A DNA stretch of 64,000 bases. Source: Candidatus Omnitrophota bacterium (GTDB taxonomy: Bacteria > Omnitrophota > Gorgyraeia > Aquiviventales > Aquiviventaceae). Within the stretch, counting starts at the first letter, position 1. The number at the start of each line of letters is the position of its first letter. Location: positions 20,023 to 84,022 of the forward strand of contig JAHFGV010000004.1 of assembly GCA_023247255.1 (NCBI GenBank), in the 5' to 3' direction. Of the stretch, positions 29,751 through 38,731 are shown in pieces. The notes under the pieces are model-generated. The model saw only the letters and a list, made by a program, of their open reading frames with translations, was not told where the DNA came from and searched no databases. A program made the translations under genes and the position numbers.

Positions 29751-30437
29751 CTATTGAAGGAGAATCTCTTCATGGCCATCTGTCAGCGTAACGCCTCGTT
29801 CATCAATGGACTTGACGGTGAGCCCGTTGAGCTGATCTGCCACCTTAAGAAAATGAGTACGCTGAATGCTGGAGTCTTCGATGAGGGCCTCCGGTTCTCG
29901 TCCTCGATTAATGCCGACTACCGTAAGCGTCTGGGTCAATTCTTCCAAGCGGGTTTTGCCCGACGAAGCAATAACGGCCCCCTCACTTCCGGAGCTGCTT
30001 AAACCGAAGGGGTTGCGTCGAACTAATAAATCCCGATACTGCTCGAGAGGTTTGAGCCGTTCTTCAGCGGTCAGGGTCGTAACCCGTGAAGGGTGAGAAC
30101 CCTGTACCGACCCTCCCAAAGGGGATAATGACAACGTCGGAGGCTTCAGATTGAATAGAAGCAGATCCACAATGATATAAAATCCCAAAGCTGCTAAGAT
30201 CAGCCACATCAGCCGCTGCGCCAATTGCAAGCGAATCAGCAAAGTGTCGGATCGATTGCGGGTATAGGCGTAGGAAGGAATCGCCCGCCGCCAGAGAGCC
30301 TCCCACCATACCTGAGTCTGTGCGATGAACCCGTTGAATGTCATCTGTCGGACGGATTTTCGAGGGGAACCCGAACCCACAGGCCCCTCGATCATACGCA
30401 GGAGGCGCTCTTCTGCAGTCTCTTTGGAAGTACCCAT
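29751..30437 (-). CDS. GspC/PilP-like alignment protein
   Basis: TM helix, RRNPF motif, LTVVGI....ALIED...F.KV.D...V..I....V.L HR-type domain, directly upstream of secretin. Confidence 0.7.
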   Translation of the reverse strand: MGTSKETAEERLLRMIEGPVGSGSPRKSVRQMTFNGFIAQTQVWWEALWRRAIPSYAYTRNRSDTLLIRLQLAQRLMWLILAALGFYIIVDLLLFNLKPPTLSLSPLGGSVQGSHPSRVTTLTAEERLKPLEQYRDLLVRRNPFGLSSSGSEGAVIASSGKTRLEELTQTLTVVGINRGREPEALIEDSSIQRTHFLKVADQLNGLTVKSIDERGVTLTDGHEEILLQ

Positions 30438-31261
30438 CCCGCATCCACTTCTTCATGCACCAGTTCTTCGACGATATCCTCTTCAATCACACGGTCCTTG
30501 CGCATAACCAGCGCTCGAAGCGCCCGGTGACAGAGCATCGCGATGCGTCGAGGATAGCCTTCGGAATATTCGTGGATGGCTTCGACGGCGTCATCGGTAA
30601 ACAACCCCAGTGACGAACGGTAGCCCGCTTCACGCAGTCGAAACTGAATCATGTCTTTGGTTTGATTGACGTCTAATGGCTCCAAGGTTGCCTTAAGACT
30701 GATGCGATCGTAGAGATTAGGCATCCGAATCAGCAACGGTAATAACTCCATCTGGCCTAATAGCACCAGCTGCAACAACTTGGCTTCGTTCGTCTCGTAA
30801 TTCAGCAATATCCGCAACACCTCCAAAGACATCCCGTTTAACTTATGCGCTTCATCAATAATAAGGACTACCGTCTGACGTTCTTGAACCGCTTTATGAA
30901 ACAGATAGCGCTCCAGAAATTCTCGGTAATCCACCAACGTGGGAACCTGCGAGGATAGCTCGATCCCTAAGGTCCGGATCAAGCTGCTGAAAAACAAATC
31001 TTCGGAGGGATAGGTGGGATCTAAGACGAGATGGAAACTGAACACCTCGCGTTCCTTGAGCATCTGGATCAGTTTCCTGGCCAGCGTGGTTTTACCGGTT
31101 CCGATATCACCAAGCACGACACTCAATCCGCGCTTGAGTCGGAATTCGATGAGCAAATTGGCCAGGACAATCCGGTGCTTTGGAGATTGATAAAAGAAGG
31201 CGGGATCAGGACTGGTGGAAAACGGTTCTCGGTCAAGTCCTAGAACGCGGTAATAACTCAT
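30392..31261 (-). CDS. ExeA/GspA/MshM-like AAA ATPase
   Basis: YY..LGL.REPFSTSPDP.FFY, Walker A GDIGTGKTT, Walker B LIIDEAH, LVLLGQ.EL, S.GYPRRI. Confidence 0.92.
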   Translation of the reverse strand: MSYYRVLGLDREPFSTSPDPAFFYQSPKHRIVLANLLIEFRLKRGLSVVLGDIGTGKTTLARKLIQMLKEREVFSFHLVLDPTYPSEDLFFSSLIRTLGIELSSQVPTLVDYREFLERYLFHKAVQERQTVVLIIDEAHKLNGMSLEVLRILLNYETNEAKLLQLVLLGQMELLPLLIRMPNLYDRISLKATLEPLDVNQTKDMIQFRLREAGYRSSLGLFTDDAVEAIHEYSEGYPRRIAMLCHRALRALVMRKDRVIEEDIVEELVHEEVDAGWVLPKRLQKSASCV

Positions 31262-31556
31262 TCCCCGGTTTTTTACCAATGGCTGGATGAGTGCTCCGGA
31301 ACGTAGCCTCCGGCATCCACTCGCCGCCACCGACCAGACGGTTCCTCAGAACAGTCTGGCCAGCGCATCCGTGAATCCAAGTCACACGTACCGTCGGTGG
31401 TCACAACCGTGTGGCTCCACCGTTGATCATCAGCTGCGGCGTCGTTGCCCGGGTGTCAGCGACGCCGCCCTTCGGCCTCCATACTCCCTACGTACAGAAG
31501 ACGTTAGCAAATTTATCTATCCTTGTCTAGGACAAAGTTTAGGGATACAGCCGGCG

Positions 31557-31916
31557 TCAGTCGGCCGGCAGGCGGTCCCCTGTCCGCACGGTTTCGCGTC
31601 GCAGCCCCTGCTCCACAACGATACTATCCGGCTGGATGGCGATGACCTGCCATGTGCCCACCCTCTGACCCAAGCGTACAGGTTCTCCATCGACAAGCGC
31701 AAGCGGGCTCTTCATATCCCACAAGATTCCGGTGAGCAACGCCTGAGCCTGCGAATCGATGGATTGACGCGGACCAAACATAAAGGGATCCCGCAGTTCC
31801 TCAGCCTCCAGAGGAAATTCCACCCCACACAACCCCATTCCCAACAAGAGACCTATCCTCAAAAGTGGGTTCTTCCTAAGACCTTTGAGACAGAATCGGC
31901 TAGGAACCATGGACAT
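31557..31916 (-). CDS. Small PilP/MshK-like pilus biogenesis protein
   Basis: Signal peptide, LRDPF, LTGILW....ALVDG..V..G..VG.W.V..I....V.V. Confidence 0.7.
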   Translation of the reverse strand: MSMVPSRFCLKGLRKNPLLRIGLLLGMGLCGVEFPLEAEELRDPFMFGPRQSIDSQAQALLTGILWDMKSPLALVDGEPVRLGQRVGTWQVIAIQPDSIVVEQGLRRETVRTGDRLPAD

Positions 31917-32550
31917 ACAGCACCACTTTAAGCGTGACGTTTAACAGAGCAATGGACCCATGCTTGGCTTCGAGATCCATCCCTTCCACTCGGACAAGAC
32001 AAGGAAACGTTTTTCCCGTAACCGCTTCGAGATAATCCAGGACGTCACGGAATCGACCCTCTACGTTGAGGACAAGAGGAAGACGCAAACAGACTGAGCC
32101 GTTGAACTTGACCGTTTGGCCTTCTCCATCCTTAGCGGACTCCAGGTTACCCTGCGCGACATTCACTAAGCGAAGATTCGAATGCCCCACTTGTTTTACC
32201 AACACATCTAAGAGTCGCGGGATTTGTTCACTGGATGGAAAGCGCTCAGCCAACTGTTGAAGAATCTGGTTTTGCTCTTCCATCCAAGCGGCAGCTCCAC
32301 CGGCTTCTTGAAGGAAGCTTTCTGTCTGGTGAACCTGTCGGGATAATTGGTCGATCTGGTTTCGCAGCTGTCGGGATTTCTGTGCCGTCGGTAGATACTG
32401 AAGGGTCCAGGTGAGCCCTGTCAGGGCGACACCGATCAAGGCTACAGAGCTGTAGAAGACACGCGGATCTATAACCCGTTCCAAAATCATCGCGGGTTTC
32501 GGATTTCTGATTGTCGATTTTTCCATCGTTCGATCTTCAACCATACGCAA
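31900..32550 (-). CDS. pilO: PilO-like protein
   Basis: TM, coiled coil, FPSSEQIPRLL, LPLVLNVEGRFRDVLDYL; start may be downstream of 32550. Confidence 0.8.
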   Translation of the reverse strand: MRMVEDRTMEKSTIRNPKPAMILERVIDPRVFYSSVALIGVALTGLTWTLQYLPTAQKSRQLRNQIDQLSRQVHQTESFLQEAGGAAAWMEEQNQILQQLAERFPSSEQIPRLLDVLVKQVGHSNLRLVNVAQGNLESAKDGEGQTVKFNGSVCLRLPLVLNVEGRFRDVLDYLEAVTGKTFPCLVRVEGMDLEAKHGSIALLNVTLKVVLYVHGS

Positions 32551-32578
32551 TGCAAAATCGCACGCTTTCCTCTCGTCT

Positions 32579-34162
32579 TTACAGGTGGGGTACCTTGCGC
32601 GATTTTGATTGACAGGTCAGGGTAAAATTCACAAGCCCGGTATCATTGCCACTGCGTTGGCTAGAGCCCAAACGGACATCTTCACAGAAACGATCTTTGG
32701 CCAACCACATAGCCATCTCCGACACGTAGCCTTCGGGAGATTCCTCACGGGTCTGGGCTTCAGCGTTCATCTCGATTCCTTCAGGATAAATCGACAACTT
32801 CCTGAGACGCACAGGGCTGGGAAACTTGCGGGCAAGTCGTTTTAACCATTCGGCAGAGAGCGATTCCTCAGTTTCACTCAACTGGTGGACCACCTGAGTT
32901 TGCTCGGTAACCGTGTTGGCAACCGAGGTCATCGGCTCCAGGACCTTCCAGCGTTGTTGCCATTGAGCAAGCTGTCGCTGATACTGGGACTGTTGCCATA
33001 GGGTAGTGCCAATCACCAGCCACAATCCCAAAAGGACAAGACACAAGCCTTGAATAGCGATCCGCTCGAATCGAATCCAGCGATGGATGACTCGAGACGA
33101 CTGAGGTAAAAGATTTACGGTCGAAGCTTCCTCTGCCAGAAGCAATCCACAGGTCGGACTATAGGCGGGAAGATCCTGTCCCAATAAGGAATGAACGGTC
33201 AATCGTTTCACGGCAAGGCCCGAGTGCCGTGAGAGCCAGCGATCAAACCCAGCAAGCTGAGATCCACCGCCGCAGAGTAATAGCTGTTGCGGTTCTACTT
33301 CAGGATGGCTCTGGACGCAAAAGGCTATCGTCCGCTGAATCTCTCCCAGCCATTGTTCCAACACGGGCTGCAGCATAGCCCGATAAGTCGCTACCGGAAG
33401 GCGACCTTCCAGAAGAGAAATCGCGGCATCATCTTCGGGCAATCCCACCTGACATTTGAGCGCTTCGGCCTGTTCCCAAGAAAGCTTTAGCATCTGTTCA
33501 TCGGATACCACGACTTGAGTCATTAATACTTCGGTGAGGGAGTTTGACCCAAGCGCAAGCTCTCGAGCAAAAAGCAAGTGTCGCTGAGCGACGATCGCCA
33601 AAGTGGAATGTCGGGCTCCCAGTTCGAACAAAAGGGTTGGATCCTGCTCAAACCAATCCTGGGTCTGAGCGAGTGCGACGAGGGCTTCAGCCGTCGAATA
33701 GATATGGGTTGGAATCCATCCCGCCTGCCAAAGGATCTGCACCTGTTCCTGTAGATGCTGGACATCACAGGCTGCAGCTTGAATCGTACATTCCAAAGCC
33801 CCATTGACCGGGCGCTTGCTCAACAACCGATAACGAACATGACGCCGCTGTGCCTCAAATGGAAACAAGCTGGGCAAACGATCTTGCAAGGCCTTAGGAA
33901 TCTGATCCGTGGAGGAGACAGAGAGCTTGAGCACACGCAGATGGCTTTGAGGAGCAGCCATCACCACCTGAGACTCATAACGCAACCGCCTCAGCGGATA
34001 CAGAAGCTGGCGCAAATTCCTGGCCACATCTTCCAATGAATCAGAACTCAGTCGAGGCTTCTGATCGAAATGCCACTGGGCAGGTTGTGTCCGTGAAGAA
34101 CCGACCCATACCACCTTGACGGTATGGGCACCAATCTCAATACCCACTCGAATACGATTCAT
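32579..34162 (-). CDS. pilM: PilM-like actin-fold protein fused to a PilN-like C-terminal part
   Basis: VGIEIGAHTVKVV, ELGARHSTL, QAEALK, LLCGGGSQL.G, then VNLLP + TM + coiled coil + ferredoxin-like PilN region. Confidence 0.82.
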   Translation of the reverse strand: MNRIRVGIEIGAHTVKVVWVGSSRTQPAQWHFDQKPRLSSDSLEDVARNLRQLLYPLRRLRYESQVVMAAPQSHLRVLKLSVSSTDQIPKALQDRLPSLFPFEAQRRHVRYRLLSKRPVNGALECTIQAAACDVQHLQEQVQILWQAGWIPTHIYSTAEALVALAQTQDWFEQDPTLLFELGARHSTLAIVAQRHLLFARELALGSNSLTEVLMTQVVVSDEQMLKLSWEQAEALKCQVGLPEDDAAISLLEGRLPVATYRAMLQPVLEQWLGEIQRTIAFCVQSHPEVEPQQLLLCGGGSQLAGFDRWLSRHSGLAVKRLTVHSLLGQDLPAYSPTCGLLLAEEASTVNLLPQSSRVIHRWIRFERIAIQGLCLVLLGLWLVIGTTLWQQSQYQRQLAQWQQRWKVLEPMTSVANTVTEQTQVVHQLSETEESLSAEWLKRLARKFPSPVRLRKLSIYPEGIEMNAEAQTREESPEGYVSEMAMWLAKDRFCEDVRLGSSQRSGNDTGLVNFTLTCQSKSRKVPHL

Positions 34163-34223
34163 CCAATTACCAAGAATGCCGGTGGGAGCAATCGCGTGCC
34201 CTCAATCCAGTGGCGAGGAGGTG

Positions 34224-34406
34224 TTAGCAGGCTGGGAAAAAGTCCCGCAGCGCTCAAGGCTGAGAGAATTTTCGATTGTCGATTTGTTGTGTTTTTCAAT
34301 CGGCAATCGACGATTGACAATCGACAATTCGTTGGGCCTCCGCCTCCAGCCAACCGCTAACAGCCCCGATCCCTGAACAAATAGGTGTTTTCCCGTAACC
34401 TGTTAG
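34224..34406. mobile_element. MITE-like element, family C (degenerate), with nested heptamer palindrome
   Basis: Ends TTAGCAGGCTGGGAAAAA and TTTTCCCGTAACCTGTTA; right end overlaps TAA of 34403-34624. Confidence 0.65.
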
Positions 34407-34624
34407 CGCAACCTAAGCCACACATAGAGCGCGGAGGCCAGGCAAAAAACCCCTGAACCTAAAAGGCACAGACCGACACTCATACGGTACTGCATCACTA
34501 CTTGATCCAGCTTACCCCAGGATCGGCTGGTAGACTTACTGAGTCTCTGGAATTGTTTGGAAAACCAAAGCAGACCAATGCCGCCGACCACCGAAATGAT
34601 CCCTGCAATCATTGTGAGAATCAT
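34403..34624 (-). CDS. Small two-TM membrane protein
   Basis: Two hydrophobic segments; GAGGT RBS upstream. Confidence 0.65.
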   Translation of the reverse strand: MILTMIAGIISVVGGIGLLWFSKQFQRLSKSTSRSWGKLDQVVMQYRMSVGLCLLGSGVFCLASALYVWLRLR

Positions 34625-34664
34625 CAGTCAACCTCACTCTTTGAACACCCGCAAGAACGCTGGC

Positions 34665-34870
34665 CTATCGGAACCGAATGGCAACTGAAGAACTGACGTC
34701 ACGCCGCGCCTCTGCTTCATCGATATCTCCATTACCCGTTTGAACGACAAACGCAACGTCGACTCGTCGAATACTGCCTGTAGCCGGCCCATATCCGGGT
34801 GCTGCAATCTAAGGTTCCCGTGGCATCATAATACCGGAACAAGGCTCGTGAGGGCAAGTCTGAGTACACA
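34665..34870 (-). pseudogene. Frameshifted remnant of the 3' end of a minor pilin paralogous to 35095-35778
   Basis: LPSRALFRYYDATGTL(+1 shift)IAAPGYGPATGSIRRVDVAFVVQTGNGDIDEAEARRDVSSSVAIRFR* versus SPSRRLFRYYDTNGMAMTAPGCGAGLSSIRRIDIAFVAQTGAGNFDRADARVDVTSSIAIRFP*. Confidence 0.85.
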
Positions 34871-35094
34871 CAAAAGACTGGGCTGATGCGCTTCGCCGAT
34901 CGGCATCGCTCGTCCCACCACCGGCTGGGTTCACGCAACGCGAACGGCAGCCGTGCTCCTTACCTGTGGCGAGAGAGCAAGTGGTGGAATCGTCGTCGAC
35001 GTATCGCTCAGGACTGATCCGTCTTCCTCCTCGTTCCGTGCGCAGCTTACACCTAAAACCCAGCGCGACCGCGTTGGTATTTTGTTAGGGGCTC

Positions 35095-35778
35095 TTAAGG
35101 AAAGCGAATCGCTATAGAGGAAGTCACATCCACACGGGCATCTGCGCGATCAAAATTCCCAGCACCTGTCTGAGCAACGAAGGCGATGTCGATCCGACGA
35201 ATCGACGAAAGCCCTGCTCCGCAGCCAGGTGCCGTCATCGCCATACCATTTGTATCGTAATATCGGAATAACCGACGCGATGGAGAATCCAACACGCGCA
35301 CAACCCCTACGGCATCATAGGGGATAACCTCCTCTGATGATGGCGACGGAGGGGAACAGGCATTGTTGGAATAAATGCTCCGTTTAATCGACTCGCCGTC
35401 CAGACGAAGGAGAACGTACTGATTATCAGCCGTCGTAGCAGGGTTGTGCGGAAGGAGAAACCCAACTCTTTGATCTTCGGCAATCCAGATGGCGTTTTGT
35501 AAGGGGCTCGATTGCCTAGCCGCGTACCGTAAACCAGGCAGGGCCTGCCCAGTAAGCGTTGAGAAACTCCCCTCCACACAGGCATGGATGACTTCAAGCG
35601 CCGTACGATTGACGAGTTGCGAGCGTGGCAAAAACATAAACGAACGGCTTCCCTGCAATACCAATGGAGGTACGCTGATGGCAAGAATCCCCACCAAGCC
35701 TATCACGAGAGCTAATTCGACAAGCGTCAACCCTCGGCAATATCCTGATACAACATGCGACGGCGACAAGCGACTCAT
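35095..35778 (-). CDS. Minor (pseudo)pilin, PilW/GspJ/MshO-like
   Basis: Class III signal RG|LTLVELALVIGLVGILAI. Confidence 0.88.
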   Translation of the reverse strand: MSRLSPSHVVSGYCRGLTLVELALVIGLVGILAISVPPLVLQGSRSFMFLPRSQLVNRTALEVIHACVEGSFSTLTGQALPGLRYAARQSSPLQNAIWIAEDQRVGFLLPHNPATTADNQYVLLRLDGESIKRSIYSNNACSPPSPSSEEVIPYDAVGVVRVLDSPSRRLFRYYDTNGMAMTAPGCGAGLSSIRRIDIAFVAQTGAGNFDRADARVDVTSSIAIRFP

Positions 35779-35779
35779 G

Positions 35780-36205
35780 TCACATACCGAACAAGACGTG
35801 TTTCGTCCGATAGCTGATTAACCTAGCCAGCGGATCACTCGAACCGGCTTTGGTTACAGTAACTTGAAGGCGTTTCACACCTTGTTGCGTGGTAGCCGTG
35901 GAACAGCATTCACCGAGCACACAACTTACTTGCCGCGTCAGATCGTACGGATAGCCCTTATAGAGAGGAATAACCGTCGTCACCGGTCTTCCGCTAGGAC
36001 AATCAATAGCTGGTGAAGTGAAGAAATCATTAAAGCTATCGAGATACTCCATCTCGTACTGAGCCAGTTGGGTTGCGACGACTGAATCCTGCGATCCCAA
36101 GGCAGCCCACATGTGCTGATGCAGCAACAGCCCTGTCGGAATGCCAATAATCCCCAGAAGCCCAATCGTCAGTGCTAATTCTACCATCGTCAAGCCACGT
36201 CTCAT
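35780..36205 (-). CDS. Minor (pseudo)pilin, PilV/GspI/MshD-like
   Basis: RRG|LTMVELALTIGLLGII; ATQLAQYEME; KRLQVTV. Confidence 0.88.
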   Translation of the reverse strand: MRRGLTMVELALTIGLLGIIGIPTGLLLHQHMWAALGSQDSVVATQLAQYEMEYLDSFNDFFTSPAIDCPSGRPVTTVIPLYKGYPYDLTRQVSCVLGECCSTATTQQGVKRLQVTVTKAGSSDPLARLISYRTKHVLFGM

Positions 36206-37167
36206 GGGCTTTTAGTAGCCAACTCCCGATACGAGAGTAGCCGACCTATCCCTGTTCGCTCTTCTGCGTCACTGTCACACTGGTTTGTCGCGCTAATCGT
36301 GGCACAAGCTCGATATTCAGCCTGGAGCCGGCGCCAAAGGACAAATGGAAAAGCCCCTTTGCGTACCTCGCCTATGGATCGGATCGTGAAGTCAGCGGAG
36401 CGATTGGATATGCCCGGCTCGTAGCGACTGCTCCGTGTCGAGGCATCGCTCATCGTAAAATCCACACGTATCCACTCCTTGCTGCTCATGTCTAGAGTGA
36501 AGTAGATGCGGTTATCGGTCCAGCGTTGCCCTGGTGAAATCGCTCTATCCGTGATATTGATGGACGTGCCACTTCCGGGTGGTGTCGTGCAGCTCGGCGT
36601 CGTCCAGACTGTATTGTTGTTCTGCAACCTGATGCTTAGAACTCCTTCACCCAAATTTGGGGACCAACTAATGGCCATGCGATCTATAACCAAGGAAGAG
36701 CCACCGTTAGCCAAGACATTCCTAACAACCCACGATTGGAAGCGATTGCGCGACCCACATACAGAGGACCCTCCACCTGTAGTGGCAAACGAACCAGGTT
36801 TCATATTAACTAGCAAGAAATCAGCCATTGGACCGTTAGCCTGTTCGTTGCCCAGGATAAATACATCATCATCACTCTGGCCTGACAAGGATCCTGCGTC
36901 TACTGTGTAGTCTGGCTGAAGACCAAGCCTCACGCCAGTGCCCTGTCTGAAATCATAGAGTGCCTGCATGACGCCGGCTTGGGCGAGGCTGATGGCTTCG
37001 ATCTCGTTTTCTCGAAGGCTCAAGACCCGTCGGCTCTCTGCCAAGGTTAGAGACACCCCGCTCATAGCAGTAAAGACGCTGCTCAAGATGACAATCAGCC
37101 CCACCAACACCCAGCCTTGCTCAGGGACCCCTTTGGCAGCTTCCCCGCTCTGTCTGCCGTCACACAT
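36202..37167 (-). CDS. PilX/GspK-like minor pilin (no Glu5)
   Basis: QG|WVLVGLIVIL..., A.SLAQAGV..AL motif; start taken at MCDG (37167). Confidence 0.78.
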   Translation of the reverse strand: MCDGRQSGEAAKGVPEQGWVLVGLIVILSSVFTAMSGVSLTLAESRRVLSLRENEIEAISLAQAGVMQALYDFRQGTGVRLGLQPDYTVDAGSLSGQSDDDVFILGNEQANGPMADFLLVNMKPGSFATTGGGSSVCGSRNRFQSWVVRNVLANGGSSLVIDRMAISWSPNLGEGVLSIRLQNNNTVWTTPSCTTPPGSGTSINITDRAISPGQRWTDNRIYFTLDMSSKEWIRVDFTMSDASTRSSRYEPGISNRSADFTIRSIGEVRKGAFPFVLWRRLQAEYRACATISATNQCDSDAEERTGIGRLLSYRELATKSP

Positions 37168-37186
37168 GATACCTTTCCCAACCCAA

Positions 37187-37648
37187 TCACTCAAACCTCC
37201 CTGTTGCCTGGGTGTAGGTATAGGTGACGTCGGTGCCAACCGGGGCATCGAACTTGTAGGTATTGGCGCTTTCCTGACTCCAGTTCCCATCGGATAGAGG
37301 CTGGGTCAGCACCAATTCAAAACAAGGACTACCCATTCCTGTACTGCAACTGGATGGAAAATCCCCAGCACCCGGTTGTGTTCCACCCGTAGTCCCTCCC
37401 CATGTCGCTTCCAGATCATCCGGAAAGGTATCCGAATCAGGAGTAGCTTGGACTTGATTCTTTGACGCCACCAACATGATCCCAGCCCTGAGGGATCCGA
37501 CTATCCCATCCCGCTGAGCCGTGTAGGCTTGGGTCCGGATGTCAATGAATCGAGGAACAGCAATTGCCGCAAGGATCCCCAAGATTGAAATGACGACGAC
37601 CAATTCGATCAATGTAAAACCTAAAGAACGTCTCTTGATGCGGTTCAT
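37187..37648 (-). CDS. Major type IV pilin, MshA-like
   Basis: LG|FTLIELVVVISILGILAAIAVPRFIDI; GGAGG RBS. Confidence 0.93.
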   Translation of the reverse strand: MNRIKRRSLGFTLIELVVVISILGILAAIAVPRFIDIRTQAYTAQRDGIVGSLRAGIMLVASKNQVQATPDSDTFPDDLEATWGGTTGGTQPGAGDFPSSCSTGMGSPCFELVLTQPLSDGNWSQESANTYKFDAPVGTDVTYTYTQATGRFE

Positions 37649-37651
37649 TTC

Positions 37652-38725
37652 TCAACCTCCTGACTGTTTGAACAACTTCACCATATCCCACATGGGAACT
37701 AATACCGCCGTGGCCATAAGCAAAACACCCAGGCTCACTACAATCAACAGGGCCGGCTCAATATAAGTGATCAACCTCTTCACCAGATACGTCACCTGTT
37801 GGTCGTAGTAGTCGGCGATGCTCCCCAACAACTCATCCAAACGACCTGTTTCTTCCCCCGTCCTGACCATTTGAAGGACGATGGGTGGAAACAGATGATC
37901 GGCCGCTAAGGCGCGCGCCAACGTCTCACCTCCCTTCACTCGTTCGCGTACCCCTGACAATCCTTTTTGGATATACCTGTTATTAATGCTGTCCCCAGAC
38001 AGCGCGAGGGTATCCAGAATCGGCATTCCGCTTGCAGTCAACGTGGAAACCATGCGGGCAAAACGAGACATCAACAATTCCATATACAACTTTCCCATGA
38101 TCGGAAGACGTAGAAGATTGCGATGCCACCAGAGTTTCCCTCGCTCGGTACGCAGCAAACGCCACCAAGCACAACCCGCTGCGAGCAGCCCGAGTCCTAA
38201 CAACCATCCATATCCAACCAACAGTCGACTGAGTCCCATGACCAATCGCGTCTGAATCGGCAACTGAATCTTCATCGAACTGAAAAATTCAGTAAATCGA
38301 GGCAGGACAAACACGATCATCACCGACAGAGCGACAAGTAAAGTGGCCACCACGATGATGGGATATTGCAAGGCTTGAGCGATCTTAGACCGCAGCTCAA
38401 TCTCCCATGCCGTTAGATCGGCAATGCGCTTCAGGACATCATCGAGCGCCCCAGCCTGTTCTCCAACACGGATCAGCCCGACGAATAGAGGATCGAATAC
38501 ACCGGACTGCCGGGCAAAGGCCTGGGAGAGGGTATGACCATTCGTGAGATCTTGATAAATGACTTCCAGGACTTGTCGTAGACGACTGGATGGCAATTGC
38601 TCCTCCAAAGATTGAAGGCTGGAAAGGATAGGCACCCCTGCGCGCTGCAACACATGAAGTTGCCGAGCGAACAGATAACGATCCTCCAAGCTGACTCGTT
38701 GCGAGAATTTCAGTCTCCGAAACAT
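37652..38725 (-). CDS. Inner-membrane platform protein PilC/GspF
   Basis: FARQL..L..AGVPI..SL, RVGEQAGAL, YPIIV, TGEETGRLDELL, IEPALL. Confidence 0.95.
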   Translation of the reverse strand: MFRRLKFSQRVSLEDRYLFARQLHVLQRAGVPILSSLQSLEEQLPSSRLRQVLEVIYQDLTNGHTLSQAFARQSGVFDPLFVGLIRVGEQAGALDDVLKRIADLTAWEIELRSKIAQALQYPIIVVATLLVALSVMIVFVLPRFTEFFSSMKIQLPIQTRLVMGLSRLLVGYGWLLGLGLLAAGCAWWRLLRTERGKLWWHRNLLRLPIMGKLYMELLMSRFARMVSTLTASGMPILDTLALSGDSINNRYIQKGLSGVRERVKGGETLARALAADHLFPPIVLQMVRTGEETGRLDELLGSIADYYDQQVTYLVKRLITYIEPALLIVVSLGVLLMATAVLVPMWDMVKLFKQSGG

Positions 38726-38731
38726 CTCTTC

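Noticed and set aside
31287-31931. 214-aa plus-strand ORF
   Set aside because: Antisense to the PilP/MshK-like gene, with no recognisable motifs
34665-35778. Shufflon or DGR acting on the minor pilin
   Set aside because: Copy is in direct orientation and frameshifted; differences are not adenine-specific; no recombinase or reverse transcriptase in the window
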